A DNA stretch of 64,000 nt from assembly GCA_051362555.1 (NCBI GenBank), contig CM120641.1, positions 22,072,001-22,136,000 on the forward strand, in the 5' to 3' direction. Both the position numbers and the translations under genes were made by a program. Shown one piece after another: positions 11,947 through 25,445 of this stretch (positions are counted from its first letter, which is position 1; every line of letters starts with the position of its first letter). This stretch comes from Lingula anatina (Eukaryota > Animalia > Brachiopoda). A model generated the notes under the pieces. That model was not told the origin of the DNA and made no database searches. It saw only the letters and a program-made list of their open reading frames with translations.

Positions 11947-13761
11947 AATTCTAACAGACATCACAATGCAGTAAAGCCTCGTACATTTCGGCCTGAATGA
12001 CATTGATGGGAAAATTCAGTGACTCTTAACATAATTCACAGACTCTTACATGAACGATGTAGATTTAATTCCCGCCTGATGCATATATCTTTAGAAATGT
12101 GAAGTAAAGAGGAAAATAAAGTATGCGACAAAATATGCTATCGATATTTCGGTTTAAGGGGATATTTTTAAACTTTAGTTCACAGCATTAAAACTGTAGC
12201 TCAAATCGTCTCACTACCTTAATTTTGATATACAGACAATGTATAAAGTGTGTACATGGACATGCCAATGCAACTGTCATATGACGTCCAGTCTGCCGGT
12301 CAGCCTGGTGGCGATTCCAATATATTATCTGATAAAAAGATCTTATCTCTCTTGATTGTACATCCAATACGTTATCTCCTTTATCTAGAGATCTGATATC
12401 ACTGAACACACGGACTCGATATTAACGTAATAACCAAGTACACACGCCTTGTACAAGTAAATAAAAAGGATTTGGAAATCGACATTTGTGATATTTAAAA
12501 TACATATTTTAAATTTCATTTTCTATTTCCTTTCGTATAGCACTGTTGTTTTCCTGTTAAGAGGACGCCTACGGACAAAGACGGCCACATTCACCCGCGG
12601 TTCTCGCTGTTACCGAGTGCAAGACAAGACTATCGTGCTATATCTTTAGTTCCTTTATTTTTAAATAATATTAAAATTTTGAAAAGTCACAGCATCCAAT
12701 TTCATCTGCTAGTGCAATGAACAAACATGTCACATGTCGGTTTTGTGTTAAGACTCTTGATAAAACTGACAACTTTTTTCCTTAGTCTTAAAAAGAAAAA
12801 AAACATGCATGAAGTGAATCAATATAGAATGCATTTGCATCCATTAATTCAGTATTAACTGCAAAATGAATTAAGATAATGAGTCATAAGCCAAAACTAA
12901 AAATATAAGCGAAAGGAATTAATAAAAATACATTTAAAGCAAGCTTAGTTTCCCGGTATCGCATATAAATCACTACTACCAGTGAAAACTGAATGAAGTA
13001 AACTCGACTATTGTTAAACGCAACATCATTTAAATGTAACGAGAACGATTTTACATTCATGCTCACCTGCTGAATGGTAAACATCGCCAATACTTATTAA
13101 TATAGCACTGCTCTACTAAATGGTAACCGAGATCAAAAACAGACTTGCCTCTCTCCCTTAAACATCCAGGGTCCGGTTTCATCAAAGCTGTATAATAGCG
13201 CCCTGGTTACTAGCTTGTCCTGGGCTACATACAATCACAAAGTTCTACAGTGAACGGTAAAATATTTCATATTAACAACTTAAATGGAACATGGTCATTA
13301 AAAACATTTATTCCGTAATGTATCAAATGATTGAAATATTTCTCCACTTTACGGTGACTATGTTAACAGACAGGCTATAATCGATGTGGATGGTAGTATC
13401 ACGGAACTTTGATTAGGATATAAATGAGCTGTGCGCTTCAGAGCTTAAAAGTTGGTCGTTGGGTACACCATCCGGCCCCCTTTTTTCCTTTTTTCTCCTG
13501 TCATACATATGACGCTGTATTATGAAAGAGAAAGAGGACGTAAAGTTGGTCTAAAATGGAACAAATTTTGTTCTTCTTAAGTCATTTGATTGTGTGATTG
13601 GAAAGTGACAGCAGATCACGAGCGGATGACAGGGCATCACTCTGTTGGAGGGGCATAGACCTTTATAAGCTCGTGCAACGTCGAAGCAGTGCCTAGGGTC
13701 TTCTTCGCCTTAAACTTACCAGACTGCCATTAACGCGATCAGAACAAATTTTAGAGGCAGT

Positions 13762-16459
13762 ATGATGCATTGGGCTTCAGCAGTTTTAGTTTTGCACTTT
13801 ACAGGTATATCCTTATCTCTTAGAGCAGGCGAAAACATTTTATTTAGTAACACGTTGACAAAGATAATCAGCCTTTTAAAAAGTTCAAATTGGCTGTATG
13901 GTTAATGCCTTTTTATTCCCATTAATGTTTTACATAATCTGTAACAATCCACGGTTTTCTTCAGATTTCTGCATTTGCTCGCCGCTACTTCCCATGCATA
14001 CAAATCATTGGGAGCATCAAAGAGGCCCACGGCAGCAACAAATGGATAATCTTCAAGGTAAAAGATAAACAGCAGAGTGTCCTTTTTTAAAAGAATGGAG
14101 GCAAGCGGTTGATTTAAAAATAAGAAGTACTTAGAAATTATCTCAAAAAGGTACTCATTTCTTGCGCAAAGTAATGTTGTTTTTTTTTCTTATTTCCTTT
14201 TCGTGTCGTTTGAAAGTTTTTTCTTCTGCATTAGAAGAATAATTGCTGAAAAAAGGGATAAATTATTCATGTTACCAGTTCACGGCCCCCTTGGTCCCCC
14301 ATGTATCAGTCTTTGCAGATTTGTTAATTAGTAGGTAGACAAGTTATAAGTTTCCTTTTGATGTTTTATTTTACTTTGGGCCCATTAAAAATTGTAATAA
14401 GATTTTCTTTTGATGTTTTATTTTACATAGATAAAGACAACCGCCGTTTAGGTGACTCATCTTTTCTTATTGCGTGTCTTGGTAATTCGGAAAATGAAAT
14501 CGAGAAAGCAGCAGAACTATGCGGAAGAGACTTGAAGTGTTTGGAAAATCACTTGAGCAAAGTCATTTTCTTATGTTTGTCAAAGAGAGACATGTCTGAA
14601 GTACAAGAATTAAAACTCGGTGAGATACGATATTATTGCCCCTTTTTCAATTTGTTTAATTTTTAGCCGATTATCCGTTTTACCAAAAGTAAAATTAAAG
14701 ACGAAAAATTACTGGTATGGACGTGCCATTTTTTCTTTTTCTTTAAAAAAAGTGTATAAAGAAAGAGATCATTAAGTCAGTTGAGATGTGTAAAATATCG
14801 CACGCTCACATGTTTCAGAGACAGTACTTAACAATGAAAACAGTTTCCTTCCCTGTATGTTTCAATGCCTCGGCAAATCATTACCTGAGATCTTCATCAT
14901 ATGGGGTGAATGCAGAGAAAACATCAGCTGTTGGGCCCAGAAGATTGGTGGAATAGTCAGAGATTGTTTATCTGAGTGCAATAGAGGTGTAGAGAATGAC
15001 GAACCAAATGATTCGCTTGGCTTTTATTCTGGTGAGGAATAAATTGCACTCTTGTGTTAACAAAAGGTTTATATTAAAGAGTTTATTATATAGACTAAAT
15101 AAGAACAGTACCTAACAGGATGTATGGACTTAAAAATGAGTACATCTGTGCCTGATTACCTACAATATAAATAAAATGTTAAGACAGTAGCTTAGATCAT
15201 GATCATGAATTTACATTGACGATTTCATTTTCACTTCCATTATTATTTAAATGAAAGGGACAGTTATCGCAATCCGTCTTAAAATTTTTAATAAAATAAA
15301 ATAAATAACAAGTAAACTATAAAAGCGTGCTACATTTGTACCAGTAGTAATACTATTTTTGCAGTTTTCTGTTGTTCTGCAAGTGTTTCAGTCATGCGAC
15401 TTTTTGTGCTATTGTAGGCCTAATAGTTTGTTCAACAAATCTTATTTCATTTTTATTTTTATTTAATTCTTCTTTAAACAGGGCGCCCTGACGATGAAAC
15501 TTTAGGTCCAAAAGTTGAGGCACAGCGGGAAGATATTATTGATCTTGGTAGGTTTGGCTGGTCAGAGCCTGTAGACCTATGGTATTATTTGAATGCGCGA
15601 TTCACTAATAAAACAGATGAGACATGAGTAATCTTTCCTGTAGGGGTTCCATTGGGGGGGGGGGGGTCACAATTCACGGGAAATAAAACAATCAAATCTT
15701 AGTATTTTAAACTTTATTCATATCTCATTGAGAATCACCGAGTATAGTGACTTCATTTGACGAAGGGCGAGGAATAAAAAGCTGCATTCACTAGTCCCGG
15801 GAATGGGGTGCTTCACGGATCACGCTGAATAATATGAACGTTTCACACATTTCGAGAAATAAAAAGTGGCTTTCACGAGTAACAAAAATACCCAATGGGT
15901 CCATCTTCCTTCCGTGTTTGTTATGTGAACTGAAAAAAAAAACGTTGTCATAATATGATGTAGACTATAAAAGAAACATCGATGTTCTTTGCTTGCAGTT
16001 GCGGGTATTAAAAAGGTGGATTTGAAATTCATTAAGTGCGTGGCGTCGTGTCTGAAGACTAATGTTTTTCACATATGGAACATATTCCGCAAGTGCAAGT
16101 ACGACTTTCATTGTTACGTCATAGAGGTAAGTTACGGTGGTTATCGTTCATATTTTAAAAGAATACCAATGCACAACACCAAGAATTTAAAAGCGCGCCG
16201 TTTCTTAGCGTGCGTCCTTTCTGACGATTCTCATTCTAATAAAAAACAAAGGAAAGACATGAATGACTAATGTTAAAACGTTATTTTTGCCCTTTCATTT
16301 CAGCTCGGCAAGGAAGCGCTGTCCTGTGTGGAAAGCTGTATAGCCGAAGTTGGTCTGGCCCCGGGAAGGTTAACCTGGAGTCCAGGACCCGTGACAGAAA
16401 CAAAGATTACATTAGTGCGGATGCGGAGACTGTTCAAATTGATCAGACCCTCAGACTAG
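13762..16459 (+). CDS. Divergent secreted six-Cys repeat polyprotein 3 (3 modules, ~295 aa), uncharacterised
   Basis: Exons 13762-13804 (MMHWASAVLVLHFT), 13965-14057, 14431-14619 (4-Cys module), 14819-15031 (CMFQC...CLSEC), 15482-15547, 15999-16126 and 16304-16459 (third module split by an intron). Frame is consistent and x14/x5/x11 spacing is kept. TATAA at 13664. Confidence 0.78.
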
Positions 16460-17239
16460 GAAAGTTTAAAATGTGTTATGATTTTTTCTTTTTTACTGAA
16501 ACTTTTAATTATGCCTATATTCACCTGCGCCTATGGCGACTTTATGCCTAAAAACAACTTTTATAGTCCTCCAACAAGATTGAGGACGTAATGATCAGTT
16601 CTTATGCTTTTTAAATACAATTTTCAATCTTCAATTAACTCTTACCTGGTTTAGTTAGTTGAAGATTATTGTTGTTACGATGCTCGAGCGGGAGATTGAC
16701 ACAGAGAAATTAGGCCTACAAAATGTAAAAAAGACGAAATAAAACCGATAAAAAGAAGAGTGAGGATGATGTAGAAGTTATAACATAATTTGAATAAAAC
16801 ATTTTAGTCTTGCAACAAATTTACAGAAAACGAATACCAATGCACATGTAAGTACTATAACAGGCACTTGTAATTACTACATATATGTTATGCAAATACC
16901 AGATACTTCCTTTATACTGTTAATAGGCCTATTTTTAAATTGTATTAAAATACTATGGACAAGAACTTTCAATAAAATAAAAGGAATAGACACTGTACTG
17001 ACCGCACTTCCTTGTTACATGTAATAACACAATTACGCCTTTACAAATACAAAGAAGAGTTTTCAGTACAAAGCATAATTAATGCTCACCCAACTTATAC
17101 ATATTTTTTTTTGATTTTTTTTGTTTTTCTATCATCTTATCAAGATCAGTGGCAAATAATGTTTATGGATTAAACTGCCTGTCATCGAACATGATTCAGG
17201 ATCTGATTCCACGTGCTTTCGTTCTGTGAAATCATAAAA

Positions 17240-17484
17240 AACTAGAAAAGCACTCCGAGAGCGCAGACCTCCGCCAAGGCAGCGATTTTTTATTATTATT
17301 GATTATTGATTGATTATTGATCCGGATCACCACCAAAAGCTAATCATCTCTTCCTTGGCCCACTTCTGACAGTTTTAATTTTCATTAAAATCGGCCCATA
17401 ACTTTTTGAGTTATGTTGATGACAGACAGACAAACAAACAAACAGACAAACAGGGGTGAAAAAATACCCTTGGAGGAGGTAATA
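17240..17484 (+). mobile_element. Short HINE/DINE-1-like (Helentron-associated) non-autonomous element
   Basis: Begins aactag; subterminal inverted repeats cctccgccaagg (~17268) / ccttggaggagg (~17468); internal GACA/AACA microsatellite near the 3' end. Confidence 0.7.
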
Positions 17485-17788
17485 ACCCGCGAGATATCGC
17501 GAGAAGCAACATGTCAGCCTCCTGCGAAAACAAAAGCTTCTTTTGCGAAAGCCCGTGTAAACAACTACCACTGAAAACGTGAGTGGCCAGAGTCTTGTTG
17601 GACTGACAGTTGCCAAATTTTCATTTGTAGGCTAACTCTTGATAAACTCAATTTTCTTGTTTTCAACTTTTTTATCATTTTGCTTTTTTAATCGAGTTTA
17701 GTCTCCACACTACAATGCGCACATGCAAACATTGAGAAGATTCCCATTAAGAAGCTTGGATGGTGTCGTCGTCTGCTGTTTTAGAAAA

Positions 17789-18406
17789 ATGACAACTGTG
17801 CCTAAAGTGGAGGCCGTGCTTATAGATCTTAGTGGAACGCTTCACATAGAAGATGCCGCGATTCCTAACGCTGTGGATGCATTAAAAAGGTGTGTCAGTT
17901 ACAGTACATTGTATTGCCAAAATATTTGTAACGAGATGAACAGTTTTGCCTCAGTACTTGTATTTCGTCCATAAATTTTATCATAGTAGTAGCATGCTGC
18001 AAAGTATGAATAATTCAAATGTTGGACTTAAGCTTGCTTATTGGTATTTTGGAAAGCATTTTTTTTAAATAATGGAACTATTGGCATTGCATTTAATTTT
18101 TTTTAACAGAATTATATGTTTGCACACAATAATGGAAAAATGTTTGCATGTCACCAACATGCCAGGTGAAGTTCATACACACAAAAATGAAACAAAATTA
18201 AAAATATATTGCATCAAACCTTGTAGTGCCATTTTGTTATCCATTTTGTTGCATAAAATGTCATTTGACATAAGATACATGCACAGTAAGTTGTGACATG
18301 CAGATTTAATTATTAAATTAGTTGCTTGTCTTATACACATTTATTTTGCAGTTTTAACTTGAAATAAGTGTATTGATTATCACTGGTAATCCACCATTTA
18401 CATGCT

Positions 18407-18465
<59 letters not shown>

Positions 18466-20536
18466 TTTGTTTGTTTGTTTGTTTGTCTGTTTATTTATTT
18501 ATTTATTTATTTATATTTTTGAAGGTTGAAGAGCAGTGGTGTGAAAGTCAGATATGTCACAAACACGACTAAAGAGCCAAAGCGGTTACTGCACAACAGA
18601 TTAACGCAGCTGGGGTTTGCCATACAGCCAGAAGAGATCTTCACTTCCCTAACAGCTGCTAGAAATTTAGTGGAGGCCAGAAAGGTCAGGCCATTGTGCT
18701 TTTTGGAAGATGAAGCCAAGGAAGATTTTGAAGGTAAAATGTGGGTATGACTGGGATTTTTTACCCTACATGTCCCATGTTTGGCAAATTTCTTGTTTTA
18801 TTTGAAGTAATCAAAATATGGTAAAGAATGGAAGGTTTTGAATACCAGAGTGCCATAAGTAAAGTATTATACAAGTGTTTTCTTTATTTTGAATTGAAAA
18901 GAAAAGTTTAAAATGTAGAATGGAATCATTTATTCAACAGAATAGACATGATGTACATGTAGAACTTTTTTGTAGGTATTGGAGTAGAAGACCCTAATGC
19001 TGTGGTTGTTGGCCTTGCTCCATCATATTTTAACTATGAACCTTTAAATAAAGCTTTCAAGTAGGTGAACTTTTTATACAAGTAGATAAAAAATGAGGAT
19101 TTAGTTTATGTGTTAGTTAGAAACTTAAAGTAAAAGAGGAGAGATAATTGATTAACTTGGTAAATTGAATGGGAGTATAATTTAGGTCTAGAATATCTAC
19201 ACACCTTGCACCCAAAACATTAAGTGGCATGTATTTTCCAAAGCATATATGAAAAAAGAAAGAAAAGGAAAAAATATATCAATCCTGTAGTCTTTTTGTT
19301 AACCTTCTGTCCTGCAGTTTGCTTATTGAAGGTGCTTCACTAATTGCCATCCACAAAGCAAGGTATTATAAAAAGAAAGATGGGTTGGCACTGGGTCCAG
19401 GTGAGCTTTTTCCCTTTTGTAACTTTTCCTTTAGCACAGTTCTGCTAGTGATCATTAAACAAAATATCTCTACTAAATATAGCAACACAGTTGTGCTGAA
19501 GTTTTTAATATATTTAAAGGGATAAAAACTTTTCGTGTGACATCTGTATTTCACAATAAATCTTGTAAACAACTCCAAGAAATATAGTAAATTCTACTTA
19601 ACCACCAAAACAACAGTTATTGCAGTTATTCTGGAATCTGTGCTAAGTATGTGACCTGTCTTTGAAATTTTAAGTTTTAGAGGAATAAAACAAAGTTACC
19701 ATAAAACTAAATCTTTTAGAATTAAGTTCCCCATAATGTCAGTTTTTTTTCTAGGGGGCTTTGTGGAAGCACTGGAGTATGCATCCGGTGTAAAAGCTGA
19801 AGTAGTCGGAAAACCAGAAAAAACTTTTTTCCTGGAAGCCCTTAGGGATTTGAAGTGTTCTCCACAGAATGCCGTCATGATTGGAGATGTATGCACTTTT
19901 TCTCATCTGATTGTTATTTGGACAAATTGTTTGTGCTGAAAAATAACATACTGAGCAAACATGACAGGATATTACCTACTCCATGCTCCTTTCATAAAGT
20001 AGGATGCACAACCATTTCATTTGTTCATGCATCATATTTATGCATTTATGACTATTTATAATTTATATTATTTATGATTAAATTTGTTTATATTTACTGC
20101 TGTGCTGTATTGTAGGATGTCCGAGATGATGTAGGGGGCGCTCAAGCTGCAGGTTTGCATGGTATTCTGGTCAAGACTGGTAGGTCATTGTGGAACTTAA
20201 TTTGGTCTGACAGACTTGTTACTGGTTTAAAAAAATACTTCTTTTGACTCATATTTGTTCCAACAGATTTGTGTTTTTATCAGTTTGGTTGAAAATTTTA
20301 ACTAAAAACAAAATTATGCAAGCAGGTTTCTTGTAAGCATTAGTAAGTGTAACTATTGTTTTTTTTTTGTATTGTTTTTATTTTCTTTTAGCTTTTATTC
20401 GAACTAATGTTAAAATGGCATTCTTCCTGCAGGTAAATATCGTGAAGGGGATGAAGAAAAGATTAGCCCTGCACCACTTGCCACATGTTTTGACTTCCCA
20501 GCAGCCACAGAACTGTTGATAAACAAATACTTGTGA
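17789..20536 (+). CDS. HDHD2: Haloacid dehalogenase-like hydrolase domain-containing protein 2
   Basis: Exons ~17789-17889, 18525-18733, 18976-19060, 19318-19400, 19755-19888, 20116-20179, 20433-20536. HAD IIA motifs: [49 protein letters not shown]. Confidence 0.93.
18406..18515. repeat. (TTTA)n/(TTTG)n microsatellite in HDHD2 intron 1
   Basis: Direct reading. Confidence 0.9.
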
Positions 20537-21346
20537 CAAAGAGAAAACAGAGGGGTTAACCAATTTAACGCGTTAAAAGGCTTATAGTATAGATTACATC
20601 AAAAATCAGGATACAAACCTAATTTATATATTACAAGCTGTATTCCTCCTTTTTTAGTGTGGTTACAGTATGGCATGCCAGGTCATTTTAAAACATTTTA
20701 AAAGGTCAGACTGCAAATTGTAACTCTTCTTTTTTTACAGTGTCTGCATAGAAATAAAATTAAGTATACAAGATTCAAACTTCATTTTTATTTATTAATT
20801 TATTTATTTGATCATTCAAAGAAGTCAAGATTCAATATTTGCAATTATTATTAAAAACCTATGACCAAAATTTTCAAATAGCCCACATAAATATTCCAGT
20901 TGAATTTTTCAGCTCTCACTGAATGTTTTGGCTCAAAATAAATCACAAACAAAAACTGCATCCTGGTAATAGACTCTAGGTTAGCAACATTTTCAGTTAC
21001 AAATACATCAGATTCATTACACTGTCATGAATGGAGAAAAACACTAGTAAATATGTTCCATGACACTTCTTTTATAAAGTTTGAGCTCATTAATTTTCAT
21101 CTGCCAGGGATATGATGCTAACATTGCCAGCACTTGAATTGACAAATGTACAATCAGAGTTTAGATAGAGCCGAAGATCTGATGCTCAGTTCTACATGTA
21201 CCCATCACAGGGGCATTCTGGTGGTAGAGCACACAATGTGATTCCCCAGTTGCATCTGCTCTTATGATCTCTCCTTTTAGTTTCTCTTTAAAGCAATAAA
21301 CCACATTCCATAAAAACCTCCAGTTTCAAAGCTGCCATGAGCATTG

Positions 21347-22434
21347 TCAGTTTGTTAATGCCATTAATGCATCAATTACATTCCCTTTGTATTCCCTTAA
21401 TGTTCTTTCTGCTTGACTTCTTTGTATTTCCATTTCTCTAACCTAAAAATAAATGAAAATTAATATTTTTAAAAACATTTGAACATTCTTAATTGACAGG
21501 TAACAAGCATTTAAACTTGTCATTATAAAAATAAAATATTAAAAAAAAAAAAAAGAAAAAAAAAATACTATAGATTAAATGTATTCCAAAAATGATGAAC
21601 TTCTTGTTGTAATATTTGAATTATAAAGTATCTTCTGAAATCACCTAAAGTTGGGGCCTGCAGCAATTTGGAATATTGATATGAGGAGTACTTAATGGTC
21701 TTCATGCAGAGCCTTTGATTATATCGAAACAATGAAAAAAATGACACCACTTACAATTAAATCTACATCATCTTTGTTAATCTTCACTTTGGACAGTTCT
21801 TTTTCCTTCTCCAGCTTCCTCGCTGCCTCTTTGACTTGCTGGTCGGAGACCACTTGCATTGCCTACAAAAAAACAGTAAATGTATCCTAGGAAGACATCT
21901 TTGCATGTCTCTATGTTACATGCCCTTTCAATTGCCATATATTACTTATCAAGGGGAAAAGTGTAGTTGATAATGACAGTGCCAATTGCCATCATGGTTG
22001 CCATGTACTGATGCAGTGTGAAGAAATTTAGATGATGAACACTGTCCCTTGGTGATTAACGAAGGCTTTGAGGAAATAAAGACTGCAGGGTATAATAATC
22101 TGAATTTATTTAGATCTATTTAGTGTGGCTTACATGCAAAATGAAATCAGTTGCTTCATAAAAACGACAACATTCTGAATCAAGACAAGACTGGAGAACT
22201 AAGAACTTTGAGAAGAGTCAAGACTCCACTCTCCAGTGATGGTCGCTGTGATGTCTTTGTACTCACATTAGCAAATTGCTGAGCCTGAATTTCAGCTTCT
22301 TCGACATAATCTGTAACCTTCTCTAGGTCCGCTGCTCCTGAATCGTGTTTGGCAACCTTTTTCCCCTTATTTTCTTTCTCTAACTCTTCCCCTTCTTCGA
22401 TCTCCTGATCCACGCTGTCTTCCTCTGTCGCCAT
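21347..22434 (-). CDS. HYPK: Huntingtin-interacting protein K (NatA-associated)
   Basis: Exons 22434-22267, 21862-21755, 21442-21347. Motifs KHDSGAADLEKVTDYVEEAEI and KVKINKDDVDLIVREMEI...GNVIDALMALTN*. Confidence 0.93.
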
Positions 22435-25400
22435 CTTGGTTGTATTTGACCTAAAATGTGTGGGATTGCGGTAGGAGTGCGGTGTGCGGACGCAATCGAA
22501 TAACACTAAAGAGACCGAGTTGAACACAAAAAGCCTAAATCATCCCATAATTGATGATTATAAATTGTAGCAAAGCACAGTTTTAAGTGAAACGGTATAG
22601 GGACCGGGTAGGTCCAAAGCTTGATTATGTACAGCAAGTCCCATATTGATTTGAAAGTTGTAAACCTTTGTTTTTTGCTGGAATGTTCATTATTTTAATA
22701 TTGGTTCTACATTTTAGTGTCAAAACGTTTGCGGGTACTTGGGTCGATTGGCATGACATATAGTAAAACACATCTTGCTTTAAAAACATAACACTCTAAA
22801 ACTAAATTCAAAATCCAATTTCTAAATTTAACTCGTACATTACTGATATGTAATTACAGTATACCTGTATATTGTTTAATACATTGTATCTTTTTGTGAC
22901 CATTAAAAGTGCCAATTTTCAGACAAGAGAACAGGTACCTTTGCAAACACTCCATAAATGAGTCTTCAGGTTATTGAAACACCCCAATTAGTTATGATAG
23001 AAAGAGAATTTGCTGAACATGCACTGAAAACATTCACTGTCAAAATTTGTATTTATTCATTTTAAGTACATTTCTATGATCCCCATGTAATATACAGTAC
23101 ATGTAAACAGCAGCAGATACAGTAAATGCAATTACACACATGTATACATGCAATCTTAATTTTTAGAGCAGTTTTCCATAAAAATATTTTGATTAGTTCA
23201 TTTCATGTAGATGATAAATAAAAACTATAAAGGAATATAAACTTATGGAGACTCAAACTTTTATCTTAAAAGATACTAAAAAACCATGCAGACCCAATAA
23301 AGTGTACTTCTTAATTATACAGAATCACTACAAATTCTTGTCTACAAAAGATATGTTAGTAATTGCTTCTTTCTTTTCATTAATTTTGAGAAGTTCTGCA
23401 AAAATATGTCAGTGTGACAAGGCCAGTTTCTTCACCTCTAACAAATATTTTTACTCAAACTGACTTCTTTACAGAAGTTGGTGGTATAATTAGCTTTACT
23501 TTCTCTTATGTATACATTGGATATATGAGAGATGTTTATAAGTATTTAAGGTGAACTTGGCCAATCAAACTGATAAAAATGTCTGTGTACAACTGAAGGA
23601 ATCGCATTTCATTTGCTTGTTTTTTAATTAAAGAAAAAGTTCTACATCTATTTTTTAAAAGAAAGAACCCTTAAGAGCCCACCAAGTGTTTGCTTTGCAC
23701 ACTAAATCATTTTTCTATTTAATATTCAATGTACTTAAATTTAAAGTTTATTTCAATAACTCACATTTAGTTGGTAACTTGGTCAAATGTGTTTCAGAAA
23801 CCTTGACTTTTGTTAAATAAAATCAAAAATGAAATTGTTTAAACCTGAAAACTTGTTCGTTAATCAATTTTAATTCAAAACATTTAAGGTTTCCACACAT
23901 TATGCATATACATAAATTTTGCTTTGAAATATATATGTCACACTATGACATATTAATAATCACACTGTTGATTGAAAAGGAAAATTCAATATGTACACAA
24001 CTGTGCAGATCAATTTGATCTTTAAAAAATCATGAAAATATTGCACATACATTTCCAAAATGAAAGACCTACATGTATTATCTCTTGACCCAATATACTT
24101 TCTGATGACCCAAATAACAGAAAAAAAAACAAAATATTAAATGAACTTTTTCATGCATGTATCTCTGTGGCGCAAAAATAATAAATAAATAAATAAATAT
24201 AAAAAATAAAAAAAGGCAAGAACTGGAACTGGACTTACTATATTATTTCCATTAACAACTGCTTAGACCCAAAATTTCTTAATCTTTATGTATATTGTGC
24301 CATAAATGTATACATTAGAATGATTGTACCTATGGTGCTCATAATACATCCAAGTGATATCAAGGAACTGTAAAGAAAGCTGGAACAATCAGCTCTATGA
24401 TAATTTTGGCTAACAATGCATAGACTATAATAAAAATATAGTGAATAAAACCTAATCAACAGCAATAGGAGAAGTCAAAAACAAATTGAATTGGCACATC
24501 GATATATTGGATGTTGCTGGTGCACTACTAGTAGTAAGTTGTACACTGCAGGCTATTCCACCACTCACATACTATGGGCATTTAGGCAACCATACAGTAA
24601 TGCCTCCAAACATGTCAAACTAAAAGTTGCCAAAGCCACCAAAAAGACAAAATTACAGTAGATTCAGAGAGAAAATCTTTTAATAAATGATATCTAAAGA
24701 ACAGCAATCTAGCTGTTGAGGGAATATCCACAAAATCTATATTTCACTTAAAAATGGTGCATGTTAAATGCTTGAGTCATTCCAAAGAAAACTATATTTT
24801 CTTAAATCCACTACTGCAGCAACAGGGACCTTTTTGCATCCAGTGGTACACTAACTGAACCCATCCAATTTCAGAAATTGACACCTTATAATAACCTGGC
24901 TACAACATGCATGTAAGATTGTCACCTTAACAGTTTGCCCATGTGATTGAAACAGTTAATTAAGTAACTTTACTAAACAGCAAGAAGAGAACTTGTGGAA
25001 AACTTGTGAAAAGGACTATAACCCTCTGCTGAGTAATTAAATGCAAGGACTTATCAAAGTGGATCCGCCCAGAACAATGTACTGTCAGATGTAAAAAGGT
25101 CCAAATATGACAGCTTCTGAATAAAATCTAAGATACAATTGTGGACCAAAAGATTCATTTTATAGTTTTACCTTCCTAATACTTTTAGGAAACAGCAGTT
25201 TGGATATCAACAAAACCAGCACACATGAGACTTACACTTATTAAGCAATGAAATTATCACAAGATTTGACTATTCTGGAATGCGATTGGGCTTGGAATGG
25301 GACAATTAATGTGGCATTCCACATGTTCCAGTACATATATATATTTATATATGTGTGTGATATCAGTTAATATATACTGCTAAACTTTCACTAGTTTTTT

Positions 25401-25445
25401 ACTTCTTCAAATATTGAGATACCTAAAATTTAACTACAATGCACA

